Shown here: positions 10,216 through 22,500 of the stretch, in pieces
How positions within the stretch are numbered: position 1 is the first letter of the stretch
How the letters are laid out: each line of letters starts with the position of its first letter
Assembly (NCBI RefSeq): GCF_003704095.1
Contig: NW_020843379.1
Span: 372,001-436,000, forward strand
Direction of reading: 5' to 3'
Length of the DNA stretch: 64,000 nt
DNA from: Pocillopora damicornis
Lineage: Eukaryota
The notes under the pieces: generated by a model
Database searches by the model: none
The model's input: only the letters and a program-made list of their open reading frames with translations
Told to the model about the DNA's origin: nothing
Program-made: the position numbers and the translations under genes

Positions 10216-12875
10216 GAGATGTTATTTCCTGTGAGGTCTAACGTGCGAAGCTGACAGTTGTTGTTGTTGATAGCTTCAGCTAAATACTTTACTGCTTCAT
10301 CTGTCAATTGATTTCCNNNNNNNNNNAACCAGCTCAGTTGAGATTCCCTATATTTTAACAATTTACAAATCTCATAGCAACCTAAGGAATCAATGTTATT
10401 AGCACTCAAATTTAAATGTGAAATTTGTGGAACATTAATTACATTTACTAACGAAGGGCAATCAACAGCTGTGAGGTGACAATCAATAAAATTTACAAAA
10501 TTAAAGTTCAATTGTTGAAGTTTTTCCTGTGCTTCTAACTTCATTCTACTATTTTCGTTTAAACATTTTATTAATGTCATTGCTAAATCTTTTTCGTCGC
10601 TAGTTGGCCAGCAGGTTACTTTCCTTTTTACTTCTTTATCTGTCCACTGTTCGGTGTAGCTTTCTTCTTTAGTTTTCACAGGAAGAAGGTTAGTAATAAT
10701 TTCGTTTGATAGATGAATTTTATCCTCCATTAATCCTGCTAGAAACTGAAAAACCAGCTGCCATTTGCCGTTCTTGATGTTCTCGGAAACAAAGCTTTTT
10801 AATTCTGTGTCACTCATGTTGTTTGCTAGGTGCCTCGCAGCGAAAAACTCTTGNNNNNNNNNNTGAATGAAACAGAATTGTGGTTCAGGATTAAGTGGGT
10901 CCGTTTTACGGTCGGGTAAGCGGTGGAAAAGAGCGCTGTCTTCCATTCCGCTTACTTCGCTTCCTCCAAGGATCAGCTCTCCGTTTTTGATTCCTTCAAA
11001 CGCTACTCTTCCTAGTTTTCTGAATATTTCCAGCACTTGGGTGGGCAAATTATGTCCGACTGGAAACGGATTATGGCACAATTCTCTTGTATGTTTAAAA
11101 TAAAACACCTGTACTGCAATCTTGTATATCGATGTTAATTTGGCAGGAAGGGTAACGTCATCGGAACTTTCGGACTCCATTATTTGTAACAGACTTGTGC
11201 AGATGATGAAGCTGTTGACCGGCACATAACATAGCGTGAGCAAATTAATGTTGCTGCTGATGTGTCGCCATAGTGTTTCGCCAACTGTCTTTTTATCTCC
11301 GGCCAATTTGTAGACATGTTCTTTAACTTGTTCCAATGAAAATCCTAGAATTTCGAACGTTTTGTCAAACTTGAGGTGTTTGATGCTCGACAAAGCCGAA
11401 GGTCTCGTGGTTGTCAAAATTGAGGCATCTTTTAGGAGTTTCCCGGTCACAAGCCACTGGTAAAGGATTTGGAGCGGCTTTTTCTCTTCAATGCACTTGG
11501 GATGAGCAGGTTCTCGGTCCATGTTTGCGTTAAGTTTAAATTCGTCGAATCCGTCAAAAAGTATGAGTACACCTTCAGAGTTCTCAATCAAGTGATTCCA
11601 GACCTCGTCATCTAGGTGATTTGTTGGGAAATGCTCGGACTGAATCAACAGTTCCCTGAGGCTAAGGTTGTTCTCCGATTTGAATCTTCTAAATTTCACG
11701 AAGAAAGCGGCATCAAAAGGGATTTTGGCTTCAGGTGACGCCCAGTCTCTGAGAAGTTTGGTACAACATAATGTCTTGCCGATTCCGGNNNNNNNNNNGA
11801 TTAACACTTTCTTATTTTCAACATTTAGGAGGTCTTCCAGGCTTTTCGGTTGTGAGTTTTCCCCGCGCGACATTGGATAAATCTTGAGTTGTTCCTCTCT
11901 GTTCTCAGTAAAGACATACGTAGCTCTGTTCGGAATCACAANNNNNNNNNNGTAAATTTGATCCAAAGTCAAATGTTTTACTATTGTGTTTTCGCCTGGA
12001 TTACCTGTAAAAGGTGATTGGAGTGCTAATAGTTCTTGGGTGTCTTGAAAAATTATTTTCTTTGTGCGTTTGATGAATTTTTTAAACTTTCGTTTTTGGT
12101 GTTGGTTGAGTCTTAGATGGGTTTTTAGAAACCTTGAGTCTTGCATGAAACCCCTTTCAATGCATGCCCGCGAAATAAGGTAGACGGTTTCAACCAGTAT
12201 GCCAGCGACATGAATTCCATTCATCACAAGGACAGCGTACATCCAGAAGGTTTTCTTTTCCGCTCGTTGATTGTGACAGTCGTGTAAAGTAGAGTTTTGA
12301 GCGTTGTCGGATAAATTCCTCGGCTGAGTGGTTCCATCGGTTAAATAACAGTTAAACTTCGAGTAAAACTTTAAAGGATAAAGCAACTGAGTTTGTAGGA
12401 TGATGAAAATTACTCCTAAAACAATTCTTAACAATAGTTGACAGCAGTAAGCGAAAAAGAGCCTGTTTCCAGTTGATGACGCAGTCTCCTGGTCAAGCAG
12501 CTGTCTCTCTTGATCATCGTTACGGATGCCTCGCGACAGTTGATCGACTTTGGCGCTCCCTATTTTAGAGTAAATAGCACATACAAATGCAATAAGGACT
12601 AGATTGAGGATTACGAAGCCAAAGATAGGAAAACCGTATTTGTTGTACTGATTCATATATTTCTCGTAACATTTTCCACGGACGATGTCGACGTTTTCAC
12701 TCTTCGCTCCGCCACAGCGAAAATCAAACCTGGACTCGTTGTTTTCCATGTCGACGAATATGGCGAGGAAGATGACACTGATCAGAATCCAAAAAACCAC
12801 TGCCACATAGTGAACTTTGTTGAAAGCTTTTGGATCCAAATATACTAAAATCTTTTCCATTGATGCGGTTGACAT
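10216..12875 (-). CDS. NLR with N-terminal connexin-like four-TM domain, NACHT NTPase and RI-like LRRs (3' end runs into a gap)
   Basis: Intronless ORF of more than 880 aa. Four hydrophobic segments in aa ~22-235; Walker A VLI....GIGKT; Walker B VLILFDGFDE; LTTTRP; LCYVPV; F.....QEFFAA; then LRRs. Confidence 0.92.
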
Positions 12876-12912
12876 TGTTACTCACTGTGTTAGAATGCTG
12901 ATCAATTGTGGA

Positions 12913-13075
12913 GCTTAATTAACCAGCTAATGCCACCTTGGTCTAATTATAGAGCGTGATAGTACTTTTATTTGATTGGATTTGAAACTTGCAACTGTCA
13001 AAACAACGATTGATTATTTATGCATTTTATCGTTTGACGTAAGAAACAGTTGTCAGAAACTGAGACGGATATAGA
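12913..13075 (-). promoter_or_regulatory. Conserved upstream non-coding block of the NLR duplication unit (second copy at ~9950-10115)
   Basis: CAGCTAATGC...GATAGTACTTTTATTTGATTGG...AACTGTCAAAAC...TAAGAAACA.TTGTCAGAA.CTGAGACGG.TATAG lies 5' of two minus-strand NLR copies. Confidence 0.6.
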
Positions 13076-16000
13076 TATTGGCATATGTGGCCATATACGG
13101 GACCTCGTTTCCTCCCACCCCCTCCCCCGGGCTTATTTCCATCCCCTCCCTCTTCTCCTTTTCTATTAATGTTGCTGCCGAGGTCCTGAAGAGAAACTCG
13201 TTCTACCGATGTAGCTCATTTTGAAGGTTGAAGACTACACTCTGAGTCGTTAGGTGTGGATATTTCATCTGGGTGGTAATTGTTTGGAAAGAAAATTGTA
13301 ACACTTGGCTGATTCAAGTCACGATTGGTCGAGGTTTTGCATCTGATTAAATTTGAGGGTGGTGTGAGTTTTCCTAACTTATCCCAAACAGCGGTTAGTG
13401 AAGCAAGACTAATGCAAATCAAATTATTATCGACTGCGTCGTAAAAATACGGCCCTGTTTCGATCCATGTTCTCATCTTATAACAATCATGATAGGTGTT
13501 AGGGTCTAGAACTACGTTGGCACGTTCTTTGTTCTTTGGTGGATGCTCCATGCATTTCGGAGCCGAAAACTCACCGATTAATTGCTTAACTTAAAACGAA
13601 GAGGTCATATATCCGAAAATAATTACAATAAGATCAGACAAACAGCTTCCAAGAATCTACCATCACCCTTGTCGAAAATGAGACTAAAGAGATTGCTAAG
13701 TTCCGAAACTTCACGTTTTATTTTATAAATCCACTTGATCTCCCTCTCTCTCACACCGCTCAAGTCTCACGCTCTAGTCTCTCTAACTTTAAATATATTA
13801 TATGATTCTATCGTTAAATCATCTGTCACTTATTGCAAAAAAAATCAACCGGAAATCAATTAACGCTGAATAATCTCTCACACCGTGAAAACCAAGTGAT
13901 CCTTCCAAAATCCTCCACCCATACCCCTCCCCCCTTTACAGGTGATAGTGATGACTCCTCCTCTCTTACTTGGCTCTTTCCGATTTTCTTTGCTGCTTTT
14001 TAAAGTTTTCAATGATAACATTTTTGCAGCTAACTGTATAACAGAATAGTCTGAAAGACTAGGGCAAGGAGTCTTTGGATGGGCAAACAAATTCTTCTTG
14101 TCAGCACCTTAGGACATGTATAAAGAATAGTGTGGAGAATATGCATACTGATGTTAGGGTGTAAAGGGTTAAGAAAATGAAAGACATCTTCCTTTGCAGG
14201 TCTTTTATGAGAGGTTATTGACAGACCTGCTAATTCTTTTACAGCAGTTTCACTAATTAAATTTATAATTTTAGTTTTCAAGGAAATTGTCTTTAAGTTG
14301 GGTGCTGACTTATACAATTTTTTAAGGTGTCAGGGAAACGATAGCGAAATTTATATCATAGAGTTAGGGGAAGGTTTAGGGGCTTAGTACCCGGCGCAAA
14401 TCTATCCAGATCTAGCTGACTCAACGAGGTAAAAAATGTAATTATACAGCCAAGTTCCGTTCGAGTGTATCAGTCAACCTTTTGTCTGGTTAGCAGGTAA
14501 TTTAGTGTTAAAAAACTGAGTTGAAAATGTAAATTGGCCACTGTAATTGTTAAAAGGCTGACATTTCGAGTGTCAGCCCTTCGTCAGAGCGATAGACGAT
14601 TGAATAATTTGCAAAGAGCGAATTTAACATTTCAAAAATCCTAAACATCGATTGGCCAACGTGACAAATGTCCCACGCTTTTATCACGTGATAGTTTGAT
14701 GGTTTTGTTGCCACTTGACTGGTCTCCTTTGCAACCACTTTGCTTCAATAACATCCCCCCCTTCCCTTCCTCAAAAAAAAACAAACACTGCTGTGAATAA
14801 GACCACTTGATTGGGTCATAGAAAGCAACACTAAAACTTTAACCTCTGCAGGAATATGATTTCAGACCAAATTACAGTCCACACATTTCAATTAGCATCA
14901 TACATCATCAATGAAAATACAAGTATCTAAAGTTGGTGGCTATAATACAAGCCATCAGAATGTTTTAAAACTTGCAACATGGTTGCAAAAATGTGCAGAA
15001 CTTGCAACAGGAGTACTGCAACAAAAAATTTAAAGAGAGAAAATTAGTAACCTTGTTATCCATTAATTTGTTTCATACACTTATTAAGTAGCTTAAAAAT
15101 TACAATGCTCCTGCTTAATTATAGCATCAGTCTGAGTTTTTTTAATAATAAATATTTTAGTAGGTGAAACCATCACCAAGAGTCAAATTTGGGGAGTACA
15201 ATGTATCTGATTTCAATTGTATTGAGAGTGTAATATGTATTAGAACACAGACTTGTTAATCTTGACTGGAGTGTAAATGTAAGTTTCATACAAAACACAG
15301 TGCATAGAAGAGCTGGAATGCTTTTGTGATTAATAAACTGTTATCAAACAGCCATATTATCAGTTTTGTTGTTTATTGAATTTCATTGTTTGTATCCCTT
15401 TGAAGTTATTTGTGTGTAATTTTTGCTGCAAATTTTTTTTTTCCTGAGTTACTTATTAATCTTACATGAAGAATTAATCCAAATATTATTTTTGTTTGAC
15501 TCTTTAATCCCAATAGTGACTTCAGCATATAATTTCCCCTACAATATCAACCCTGCGACAAATTTTAAGGTCATGAGAATAAAGGAAATGATCACCAATC
15601 AAAGCAGCTCTTAGTTGTTAAACAAATTCTCCTTGTCAGCACCTTAAAAAAATGTTTATCAAACAGTATGAAGGGTTAATTAAAATATAATATTTGAATA
15701 ATATTTTGAAACAGAACCTTTCTGAAAAAGGATGGAAATTTTGAAGTCAAAAGTCTTATCCATTAAAGAATTACATTTTTGCTTTACATAGTATGTCTGA
15801 CATTGATGCTTCAATTTTCTTAATGCAACTTTACTGGAACTGCAACAGTGTAAGGACACATTAAGCTGGAGAAAGCTATAGAGCAGATTTGTAGTAAAAA
15901 TATCAGTTTTATTTCAGAGTTCAGGAGTCTAAAAATTATATTACAACTCAATAAATTATTACTATTAACCTGCTGATTTCATCATTGTCAAGCTCTGCCA

Positions 16001-16547
16001 ACTTGATTGTGATAATCTGATGTATTACATTGAGCAATATTGGCCCATGGTGGGTATGTTTTACTCTGTGACCTTTGTCTATGGCATGGACAAGAGGAAA
16101 ACATAATTTGGTCATCACTTCCTGATATAGGCCAACACATGCACATGCCAAATACCATAATATCATGCAATGTTGGGACAATATTATTTACTATAGACTG
16201 TCTCCATAATAGCTCGAATGGTACTCGTTGAACAGACATAGGTCATTTCCAATGACATGTTGGCCAAGATGTGATGCAGGAATTTNNNNNNNNNNGTTGC
16301 AAGATTGGCATACAAAAATAAATTTTGGTCTTACCATATACCATGACAGTTCAGTAACGAATGGCATTGACAAAATCGTTTTAAGACATGTTCAGGTAGT
16401 TTGCTGAATTCCATCAGTCTGTGTAGTTGGCAGGTTTGTGTGTCCTTCGAAGCTTGAAAGAGACATAAAATAGTACAAATGCCAATCCAAACTTTGCTAC
16501 TCACCACTACAGCTACACAGGCTAAATTGCATTTATTGGAAGGTTCA

Positions 16548-18404
16548 TCATCTTTCTGCCATGAACACCGACTGACACCATTGCACAAACCATTCACACA
16601 TATCTGATATAAGCTCATGATTCACTCTGCCACGCAGCTTTAGTTCATGGTCTGCACCTTCCACCCAGTGCATTTTCCAGTCATTTGCCATTCTGTTCAG
16701 AGCTGTATCCATTAAATCGGGCCTGCAGTATGGATCTTTTCTGCCACTTATAAACAATGCAGGCAATCCAAGATGGAGAAGTGAAGATACTCGAATCTCC
16801 GAGGTCTTACGTGGAGGATGTAAAGGGTATGACAAACAAGCAACGCCAAATACAAAGTTTGTGGTCAAACTACTGTTTGAAGCTACCTCAGCAGCAACAC
16901 GTGCACCCATTGAACGGCCTATAAATAAACGCAACTTCAAAATCATCATTTTGCAAGGGGCATGGCAGGGTTTATTCCTGCATGATGTGGTGACAGGAGA
17001 ACATTGTAAAACTGTCAGTGAGGAGAAAATAAATTATCAACATCTGAAGAAAAAATCGCTCAGATCATCAAAATAAGCTGGTGAATATTAAGTAGTTGCC
17101 CATGTCAACAACCTGCATTGGATTTCATGTCAGTTTGATGTTTCCTTTTTTACTATGATCCAATCCATGATCTAATACACTGCATGATCCCAGCTGTGAT
17201 CACATCCATGATGTGATCTGTGATTAGATCTGTGTTTTGTCGACACTGGTGTCATAGCTAAAGAATTCACAAGCCTCCCATCTCTAATTCCTAATAAACA
17301 ACCTGCATAGACCATCTGGTTTCCTTACCAAAGAGCTATTATGTATGAGAACCTTATGTACCTGCTATGATGCACATGTTGATTGGAAACTCTTCAAAAT
17401 TCCTCAGGAACTCCTACAAATACAACATTCAATTATAATTTAACTCTTAAATATGACTGTGAAAATATGAAAATCATATATCTGCACTGCGGTAAAAGAA
17501 ACGAATAGAAGTAATCCTCACATTTATGAATACTGCTGAACTAGTAGTTGAAATAAGACAAGGATCACTCATATTCGTTTCTTCAATCGCAGTGCACACA
17601 TATGATTTTCATATATTCAAAGTCATCATTCACCACTTGGATGGTTTATTTGGATCCAACATAATGACCAGCTCCCAGTTGGCTTGTTAGATCAGTTGGT
17701 AGAGTGCTACACCAGTATCGCAGAGGTCATGGGTTCAAATCCCNNNNNNNNNNGAATTTTTGTCAGGCCTTATTTCAACTTCTAGTTCAGTAGTGTTCAT
17801 AACTGCGAGGACTGGTTATATTCGTTTCTTAAGTATGAGTTTTTGCTGAGATTATAAATAGTAGGAAGAAAGTAGCTCTAATTATTGAGTTTAGAGCAGC
17901 AGTCAGAGAAAAAAATCGTGCAGTTTGTAGGTGTTAAACTAAACCAATCCGTAAATTAAGTAAACAAAAGCGACATTCTTGACTCCGTGTCGTAAATTAC
18001 ATTACAAAGCTCGTACCACGTTACAATAAATTAATCGCCAACCACGAACAAGAAAGTTACTCTAACCACAACTGCTGTGAAACACTGTATCCTATACTTG
18101 AAGTTTCTTGTCCTGCAGGTGAATCTCAAACACAGTATTCCCGTGCTTGCGAGATGAGTAGCTAGTTTCTCTAGATGGAGGTAATTCATATCCCCTCCGG
18201 CCCCGTGTGTCAGAATCACAGCACAACCGTTCCACGACGCCTCGCATGGAAAATTAAACACGCCATCCAGTTCACGATCTTCAACTGGAATTTTAACTAT
18301 AACCTGTTTAATACAAATAGAGAAGGCAATGAACGAACAGAATCAGCTACAGGGGAATTTTTTCTATGCAGATCGGTATATACCTTCCGCAGATTGCGCG
18401 CCAT
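16548..18404 (-). CDS. TEX30: Testis-expressed protein 30-like alpha/beta hydrolase, 4 exons (18404-18384, 18303-18067, 17413-17362, 16918-16548)
   Basis: ILTHGAGGDMN, LCLRFTC, GRSMG nucleophile elbow, CLSYPLHPP, SGRKD, GADH. GT-AG introns join in frame. Confidence 0.9.
17452..17830. mobile_element. Repeat with inverted terminal segments and an internal tRNA-like (A/B box) sequence
   Basis: 17455-17556 is reverse-complemented by 17562-17626 and by 17769-17830. 17681-17743 has an A-box-like TAGATCAGTTGG and a B-box GGTTCAAATCC. Confidence 0.6.
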
Positions 18405-19553
18405 GTTTCTTGTTGCTATGCACACAGGAAAGACTGGTCCCTAGTGCAATGGAAGAATTGCGTCTAACCCTTAATTAATGGGAAAAATATTCATCCCCTT
18501 TCACGTGGCACTCTGCGCTCGTCTTAAGACGTTCGCCAGAAAACGCAAAAAAGTCGCGCCGGTTCTGCAGGCAAGGATGCACTTAAAATTGGACACCCAA
18601 AAGTCCTCTTCCTGGCCATTAAGTGGCCTGCGTTCGTTTGTCCAGTAACGACAGGACTTTATAAATAGGAACGAGTTTTAAGAATTAAAATATTGTACAT
18701 CTTTTAGAAACATTGCAAGGGCACCTCATTATGCGAAATGTTTTGAACGCAGTCTAGACAAAGATCGCAGTAAATTATGCATCCCACTTTGTTGAACGAA
18801 AGATTGTGCCGTAGTCTGAGAGAGTAATCAAGCGATCTCTATAGATTGAATTGCAAATAGATGAACATGATGCAGAAGTAACTATCACAAGGAAGTATAA
18901 AAAACTTTTTTTTAATAAATTCAACATAAACCAGGAAATGAGCTCTACAAATCCATCAACTTTAATTTCTTAAATATATTCGAGGTCACAGTACGGTTTA
19001 TTACAGTACATTACAAAATTGAGGCGAGGTAAACTAATTAAGGACCTCTCTCCTCTTTGTGTTTTACTCATTCATAAATGCTAATGACTTTCTAGTCTAG
19101 GAAAAATATTGAATGTAAATTTACTATATTTGCTTTTAATTTCTTATAACATTACCGTTACAGTGTGCATATATGTGACAGTTAAACATTTGGGGTTGTG
19201 ATGTTTAGCGACCACTCTAGTCATATGAATATTCCTGACATGATTTTACCTTTGAAAATCGGAATTACGTATCAGTATGATCCGTGCCGTTTCTTGAGGT
19301 GTTATTATTATTTTTAGGTGATGTTAGAAGATTACTAATGCGCAATCGCCACAGTTTGCTTTACTGTGATTGGCTTGATGGAGAACTACACCACCTAATC
19401 AACCAATCCGATGTAAGCCTTACTCTGGTTGAGCGTCAATGTTCCACATTTTCAAGCGATATGATGCAACCGCAACCTTGACCACCACTTAGTCACGGGT
19501 GTTTTCCCGCGCCTGACGCCCGTTACGGAGAGGGAAAAAAATGTTTGGTTCTC

Positions 19554-22500
19554 TCAGTACTTGGCAAGTTCTTTATCCAACTCATCCAGATCCGCCAGAG
19601 CTTGATCGCTCAATCTTTTGTCCTCTTCAATCTTCTGCTTACGTTCATACTCTCTCTGCAGGGCCTGTCTGTACTCCTCGTGCCTCATCACAACCTGTTC
19701 CACTTCTTTTTTGTACAATCGTTTCAGCATCGTCTGCCAACAATCAAGCTCCGCATAACGGAACAAATCCCACTGAAAAAGCACGTGGGGAAAAAAAAAT
19801 TTAAGATGTGAATAATAGGAACGTTAATCGTGCAAAATTTTACGACGTGAAAGATAGGCACGCACAGCATGCAAAGCAAAATTGAAAGGTGTCTTGAAGA
19901 AATCACGTAACACACAGCTGCTAGAGAAACGTGAATAATAAAAAAATTTGATTAATGAATGATCTTATTCAAGCCCTTAAAACATGAATAAACCGTAAGT
20001 CACTTCTCCAGTATTCTTAAACGCTAACCACACAAGAGTTGAATTAGAGAAGTGATCATGACCAACTTATACTAAGTTTTTGCACAGAGAATGATTATTC
20101 TATTTTTTATAGTGCCTTAAAAGTTGCATATAAATCTTACCTTTAGAAAACAGTCATAATCTGGGCTAGCCTTTGCATAAATTTGCAGCCATTCAGGTAT
20201 TTCTGGTCAAAACAAAACAAAGCAAACCAATGTTATGAAATAAATAATAATTACACTTGCAGACGATATACATGTGAAGAAACAATCTTTGTAGGTAACC
20301 TGGCTTCTACAGGATTTGAACCCATGCCTCCCAGATACTGGTTGGGAAGAGGAGGGTGGCATGGGTTAGAGTTCTGTCAAAGCCTGAATTTTTTGTCTTA
20401 TAAAAAGTAATCCTATTTGCCAAGTTTTCAATCAGTATACCTTCACTAATATATGGATTTGCTGGCACTAAGGGATTCTGTGCAGGAATGGCTTGTGATT
20501 CTGGACGTCCTCCATCTGACACTCTCCTCTCCTGCTGCTGTTGGTGTTGGATGAACTGCGTTTTCACTGGATGTTCATACTGTGTTATCTTTGTGTTATG
20601 GCTAGGTAAAAGGATAGACATGTTGAATGAGACTAACCCTTTGACCCCTCATAGAGACTAGCATCTAATTTCTCCTTACAACATCAACCCTCAATCACAT
20701 ATTAAGGTTACAAGAATAAAGGAAATGATCACCACCAACATAATTTCTTGATTGTTAAACAAATTCTCCTTGCCAGCACCTTCGCAAATGTATAGAAAAG
20801 AGTATGGAGAACATGTATACTGATGTCAGGGTGTAAAGGGTTAATCTTCTGTGGGATAGTGAGCCATAAAGCATGTTTCCAGTTTGTTATAACTTTTAAG
20901 TATGTTTCAGGCTCTCAATCAAAAATATAATGAGGGACCACTGTAGTGGTTGCTGGGTTTGCTAAATACTGTCAGCACTGAATTTGCAATCAATCAAACA
21001 TTATTCAATTCATTCATAATTAATATCCTTTTACATACTTGACATAATAGACTCCAAAGTTAGGAGATTCAATTTTTTCCCAGCCATCTGGTAAACCTAA
21101 AAATAAATTTTCAAATTACTCTTTTTTTTCAGTTACACATTAACTGCTATGCTTACAGATCAAATACTATCGAAGTTGAGCAATTTATGTATGTTCTATT
21201 AAGTTAACTGAAAAAGAAATGAAGGGATAAGTTCATAGAGAAACTGTGGTGCTGTGTCTGTCTCTTTGTGTCTGTGTCTGTGTCAGTGTGTGGGAGGGGG
21301 GTGGACATTACAAGATAATATGGTTTTAACAACTGGGTTGATAATGTGAATTGATGACTGTAAAGAGATTCCAAAGCTGATGTTTAGTCCATATACACAT
21401 GTAATTTATGAACTCAGCTGATAACACTAACTTATCTTCAAAAAAATTCTGTACCTGCTTTCTCAAGTGGGTGACACCAATCTGTTGTTTCTGTGTTGTG
21501 ACTAAAACAAAATGGAGATTTGATAACATTGAAGTATGAATCGTTAGAACTGTTTCTTCAGTTGCTCTAAGACAGATGAACATTCATATTACAAAAAAAA
21601 AATTGACTGACCAAACGAAAGACAAGCACTCTCACCACTGTACTATCTCCACTCCTGAAATATCCCAACTTTTTTAAGGTGTTACACTTTTCTAAGTTAG
21701 TTGGTGTTTGTTAACTTACTCTATGTAATATTTTCTCCCATCTGGAGTCCATGACACTTGGAACCCAGGAGGAAGAGACAGATCTAATTCGTTGAGTTGA
21801 CTGCCATTAAACACTAGAGGAAGAAAAACATTGTTTAAAAAAAATAATAACAACAACAATAAAACAAAAACGACCAAGAGAAAACAAAACTAGGTGGTCA
21901 CTTTTTGTAAATTTTTCCCTTAACCCTTTGGAATTTCTCCCTTTGATGTCACCCCTGAATCACACAATCAGGTCACGAGAATAAAGGAAATGATCACCAA
22001 TTAGAAAAGCTCTTGATTATTGAACAAATTCTCCTTATCAACACCTAAGGAAATGTATAGAGGACAGTATAGAGAATATGCATATTGATGTTAGGGTGTA
22101 AAGGGTTCAAGTGAGATTTATTGGGCACAATTTGAATGAACCTCGATCAACTAAAAGCTAATAATCAACTAAAAAGACCAGGAATGTATGACAACAACTT
22201 CTTTCAAAATTACCAAATTTCTTTCATATTCTTCTTCTCAGAAGTGACAATGCAGAAGAATCACAAAGACTGGAACTCCCAAGGGAATTGAAAAATGGTT
22301 TGAATTAGCAGGAATTCAAATTATTTGGATTGGTGTTAAATTTCAATTATCCTAATAGTAATTAATAAGGGAATGTGTTTTTTTTTTCTATTCTTGCACA
22401 ATCAACAATCATTTTCAAACATTAAGTTTGTTTTATAAGAGCTTTTTGATAAGAACATTTAGTTTGGGAAGTTAGGCTAAATACATTACGTTTTCAAAAC

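Noticed and set aside
12156-12875. Calling the N-terminal domain an innexin/pannexin because it has two Cys per loop
   Set aside because: Innexin hallmarks such as YYQW are absent, while the DC..R..K..F, CY and Q..LY motifs follow connexins. A profile search is still needed to settle it.
15948-16400. Overlapping short ORFs downstream of TEX30
   Set aside because: No recognisable domain or consistent splice frame; likely 3' UTR or decayed repeat.
17681-17743. Possible tRNA gene
   Set aside because: A and B boxes are present, but the stems are imperfect, the 3' end is gapped and it is embedded in a repeat. Treated as repeat-derived.
21636-21654. AG/GT-flanked 19-nt micro-exon inside SAV1
   Set aside because: It would break the frame and split WW1; the flanking exons join correctly without it.
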